Notes under the pieces: model-generated
The model's input: the letters and a program-made list of their open reading frames with translations, nothing else
Told to the model about the DNA's origin: nothing
The model's database searches: none
In this document: piece by piece, positions 60,965-64,000 of the stretch
Layout of the letters: the number at the start of each line of letters is the position of its first letter
How positions within the stretch are numbered: the stretch's first letter is position 1
NCBI GenBank assembly: GCA_964291315.2
Contig: OZ219753.1
Span: 2,368,001 to 2,432,000 of the forward strand
Reading direction: 5' to 3'
DNA length: 64,000 nucleotides
Source of the DNA: Candidatus Poribacteria bacterium
Lineage (GTDB): Bacteria > Poribacteria > WGA-4E > WGA-3G
Translations under genes and position numbers: made by a program

Positions 60965-62074
60965 TCATTGATTCTTTTTTATATTGAATGTGTAAGTAAT
61001 AGTAACCCGAGTAGCGATTGGCGTTCCATTCCATATAGCGGGATAGAAAGTGGTTTTCTTCAACGCCTCGGCCGCTGCTGCCTCCAATCCAAATCCGAGG
61101 GTTGTACGTTCTACGATGTCTATCGGGATACCCTCTTCATTGATAGTGGCTTCTAAAACGACCTCACCGGTCTTCTCTGCATTTTTTGCGTCCTCTGGAT
61201 ACACCGGATCAACTTTGAATTTGTACTGGGGCCCAGCAACCTCAATATGGGGATCGTAGTCGATGGCGCTCGCTTCGCCGACATGTTCTCGATCCTCCTG
61301 CACAATCCCGCCAGTTTGCACTTCCGCTTGGACTGCTCCATTACGAGTGGAGGCTTGGTGAAAATTCAATCCGAAGCGATACAGCAATTCCGAGTTCTCG
61401 AACGAGAACTCAATGCTCCCGAGTGCGCTCATCGTGGGTGACAACTCTATTTCTAATCCTGCTTCGCCGGTGAAAAAATTCTGCGCGCTGTTCACATGTA
61501 CTTTCTTGGTCGTAGAGACGTTATTCCACGCCTGTGTATAGAATAGCCCAAAGAACGGTTTGAGGTTCCATTCATAGCCTGTATCAAGCAGGTGTAAGAA
61601 GCCCATACCGCCTCGAAGTGCCATATTTATAGAGTGCAGCGGTAAGTTTCCAGTTCTACCAATGTTTGTGTACTGCGTCCTAAAACCGCCTGAGAGGAAA
61701 AATTTCAGCCCCGTCATATTCATGTCGTTGACGTTTAAGAATCGGAGATCTAGAGAAGGACTGGGTGCTATCTGATAGGGATTTTGGGTGTCGGTCTCAA
61801 AAAAGGAGATACCGGGCAGCAGCGACATCTTCAAGTCAGGACTGAAGGTATAATCGAGACTACCTAAAATTGTTTGCGCACTAAAACGAAACGGGGCTTC
61901 GGTGCGTTCCGGAGGCCTATAACGTTGGTATCCCATACCGACCGCCGTTTTCCCAGCTGGCGATCTATAAAAGCCTGTTTGTGCAGATGTGGGTACAGAA
62001 AACACTGCCAGCACGAAAAACATTGCAAACCCCAAAATTCGATGATTGAATCGCATAGAAAATTCTCTTTCCAT
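60965..62074 (-). CDS. Predicted outer-membrane beta-barrel fused to a TonB C-terminal domain
   Basis: Signal peptide; alternating aromatic beta-strands ending YRFGLNF; C-terminal PVYPEDAK..GEVVLEATI..FYPA..NG.P. Confidence 0.65.
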   Translation of the reverse strand: MEREFSMRFNHRILGFAMFFVLAVFSVPTSAQTGFYRSPAGKTAVGMGYQRYRPPERTEAPFRFSAQTILGSLDYTFSPDLKMSLLPGISFFETDTQNPYQIAPSPSLDLRFLNVNDMNMTGLKFFLSGGFRTQYTNIGRTGNLPLHSINMALRGGMGFLHLLDTGYEWNLKPFFGLFYTQAWNNVSTTKKVHVNSAQNFFTGEAGLEIELSPTMSALGSIEFSFENSELLYRFGLNFHQASTRNGAVQAEVQTGGIVQEDREHVGEASAIDYDPHIEVAGPQYKFKVDPVYPEDAKNAEKTGEVVLEATINEEGIPIDIVERTTLGFGLEAAAAEALKKTTFYPAIWNGTPIATRVTITYTFNIKKNQ

Positions 62075-62272
62075 TTGTTATTGATAAGTTAAACATAGAG
62101 AAAATAAAAATGAAATTAGAGATGACACATCTGTCTTCTCTTATTAAAACCAACTTTATGCTGAGAAACCTCAGCAACGGCGCAATTTGCTGCTGGGGAA
62201 GCAGGCAAACAGGCGCAAAGTGGGTAACTCGGTGGATCGTGGACGTGTTTTCGGATAAACGGAATGAATTAC

Positions 62273-62419
62273 TTATTGTATGTGATGTAGGGGGGGGGGT
62301 GAATCGCTAAAAAGTAGGGTAGCAGCAGAACCTACGGAAGACAGAGACCGCTGCGCAGGATTAGTGTGACTAAATACCGCCGCCGTTTCGGATATGATGT
62401 TGATGGACAAATCTTTCAT
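62273..62419 (-). CDS. Putative leader peptide (48 aa, MKDLSINI...DSPPPLHHIQ) with a C10 tract; extends to 61965 if the tract is C8 or C11
   Basis: ATG at 62419 after GAGG; G10 at 62290-62299 on the plus strand; the shifted frame encodes RVTHFAPV and RFLSIK. Confidence 0.5.
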   Translation of the reverse strand: MKDLSINIISETAAVFSHTNPAQRSLSSVGSAATLLFSDSPPPLHHIQ

Positions 62420-62504
62420 GCGCCTCACTGATTAACACTGATAGGATTAACGGAGCCTATCAATGTTACCTTCGGATTCTCTTTTTTCACAATTTTCATT
62501 TTCA

Positions 62505-62533
62505 ATTATACCTTAAACTGTTAAGTATGTCAA
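62505..62533 (-). promoter_or_regulatory. Consensus sigma70 promoter with a CTTAA-N4-TTAAG palindrome
   Basis: TTGACA-N17-TATAAT; palindrome at 62512-62525. Confidence 0.75.
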
Positions 62534-62668
62534 GGACTTAATTTTTAATTATATCTTAACCGCAAATATAGGTCAACTCCTTTTAGAAAACGAAATAGGG
62601 GAATCTGTCAAAGAAGCACAGGAGCATCAACAGTATCTATTAGCAGTTCTTTCGAGAAATTACGCGGT

Positions 62669-64000
62669 CTAAACCGCATCAAACAGAGACGCTTCCATCG
62701 GCTTGCCTGTCCAAGGATTCGTCAACGGCGGCAACCTTAGCAGGACGTCCCAACGCTTCCCACAACTATAGTATTCCTCTATAGAAAAACACTGGATTGG
62801 ATCGTAAGTAGTGATCCCCATTTGGATCGCAGGCAGCTGATGTTGCCAACGCTTCTGAGCCGTCTGGGCATCGCGGGTGATAAGGATGCCCATCGCAGCG
62901 TTATGGTTGCGAATCGTTGTCTGCAGACGTTCATACTTCGACTTTTGCTGTCCCTTTGCCCCGGTGACCTGCACTAATATCGCTCGCTGATCCATATTGT
63001 CGGGTTTATCGCGCATCATGCCGAAGCCGTCGATGCCGTCGTCGGCTGTCTTCTTCGGGTTCGCCGCAAACCCATCTATTAGGGATACCGCCCAATCTTG
63101 AAATTTAAAGGGTTCTGTATCTGCAAGTTGATATGCTGTTGTGGTATCAATAGGCAAACCTAAGATGGGCATTGTAGGGAATCCATTGGGTTTGAGTCGG
63201 TAGTTATTGACGAGTTCTAAGGCGAAGGGTAGTATGTCTATGCCTATAGCGTATCTGTTGTGCTTTTTTGCTGCTTCTATGGTTGTGCCGCATCCACAAA
63301 AGGGGTCTAAGACGATGTGGTTAGGATTGGAGGAGGCTTTGATAATCCGTTCGTAGAGAGCCAGCGGCTTTTGCGTTGGATAACCCAGACGTTCATCAGA
63401 CATTGGATTAATGATCGGTATATCCCAGACATCGTCTACAGGTGTACCTTTTGGATGTGGCATGTATCTTTTACCTGAACTACTCACGATGCCTTCCTTG
63501 GCATACCCACTTGTTGGTTTATACGGGACTCTCACTTCGTCAATGTTAAAACAATAATCTACGGTAGCAGAACGAACATACCACAAAATAATATCATGTT
63601 TTCGCGAAAAATAGGTTTTAGACCTGCCTCCGCCTGTGTAATGCCAGACAATTTCGTTACGGAAATTCTTTTCATCGAATATAGCATCCATCACGAGTTT
63701 AAGGTAATGACTGGCATACGGGTCGCAATGCAGATAAACGCTCCCAGTCGGCTTGAGAATACGCTGCATCTCAAATAACCTTTCCGCCATATAAGAGGTA
63801 TAGGAAAGCATCTTGGACTTCGGAATACAGAGATCAAACGCTTGTATCACCTTTGACGCAGGATTCGCAATCGCAGACTTTACACGCTCCACGCGTTCGG
63901 CTGACGCATCGTCCCAGTCCCAGATATCATCAAACGCTTTTATCTGTGGATCAATATTCCGTAATCCGCTGCCTTTGAAGATGGTGTTGTAGGTGCGGTT
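62669..64000 (-). CDS. Site-specific DNA methyltransferase (N6-A/N4-C, beta class) with C-terminal Mrr-like domain; 5' end beyond the window
   Basis: Frame open to the window edge (NRTYNTIF..AFDDIWDW); GSVYLHCD, FRNEIVW, YPTQKP, DPFCGCGTT; C-terminal FQDWAV..DDGIDG..VQV. Confidence 0.85.
   Translation of the reverse strand, partial: NRTYNTIFKGSGLRNIDPQIKAFDDIWDWDDASAERVERVKSAIANPASKVIQAFDLCIPKSKMLSYTSYMAERLFEMQRILKPTGSVYLHCDPYASHYLKLVMDAIFDEKNFRNEIVWHYTGGGRSKTYFSRKHDIILWYVRSATVDYCFNIDEVRVPYKPTSGYAKEGIVSSSGKRYMPHPKGTPVDDVWDIPIINPMSDERLGYPTQKPLALYERIIKASSNPNHIVLDPFCGCGTTIEAAKKHNRYAIGIDILPFALELVNNYRLKPNGFPTMPILGLPIDTTTAYQLADTEPFKFQDWAVSLIDGFAANPKKTADDGIDGFGMMRDKPDNMDQRAILVQVTGAKGQQKSKYERLQTTIRNHNAAMGILITRDAQTAQKRWQHQLPAIQMGITTYDPIQCFSIEEYYSCGKRWDVLLRLPPLTNPWTGKPMEASLFDAV

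Noticed and set aside
62200-62232. GGCAAAC...GCGCAAAG resembling a c-di-GMP-I riboswitch
   Set aside because: It is on the strand opposite the downstream gene and lacks the GNRA-capped stem; it is the antisense of the FAPV codons
63990-64000. GTAGGTGCGGTT as the start of a REP element
   Set aside because: It is coding sequence (N-R-T-Y) of the methyltransferase on the minus strand

Overview
This is a 64-kb bacterial chromosomal window, most likely from Candidatus Poribacteria. That assignment is an inference from a lamin-tail-domain protein with a C-terminal 'ARGKLTTRWGELK' motif, an LRR protein ending in an 'NYPNPFNPETWIPY' sorting domain, expanded Uma2 genes, PhyH and sugar isomerases. Most of the window is housekeeping: rho-rpmE-prfA-prmC-queF, an actinobacterial Sdh1-type succinate dehydrogenase operon, smc, tRNA-Pro(GGG)-hom, DUF177-rpmF-fabH-fabD-fabG-acpP-fabF-folK, and sucC-pgk-proS-sucD-panB. 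Accessory content includes a tandem array of at least 3 Uma2 genes, two large secreted proteins, an orphan DUF1156 adenine methyltransferase and a methyltransferase with an Mrr-like domain. The most interesting signal is intergenic. Two ~420-nt leaders (34600-35075 before the DUF1156 methylase; 62533-61965 before a beta-barrel/TonB gene) share one architecture: a sigma70-like promoter with a CTTAA-N4-TTAAG palindrome, an ~40-codon 'MK...' uORF, a C8 or C10 tract, and then a synonymously conserved R-x-T-x-F-A-P-V peptide in a shifted frame. That peptide overlaps terminator or attenuator hairpins, which suggests a phase-variable leader-peptide attenuator. Also found: an inverted pair of a ~260-bp promoter-bearing repeat, a recurrent 19-bp upstream motif, and a ~700-nt rho leader with mutually exclusive stems. 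All alignments were done by eye; no database searches were run.
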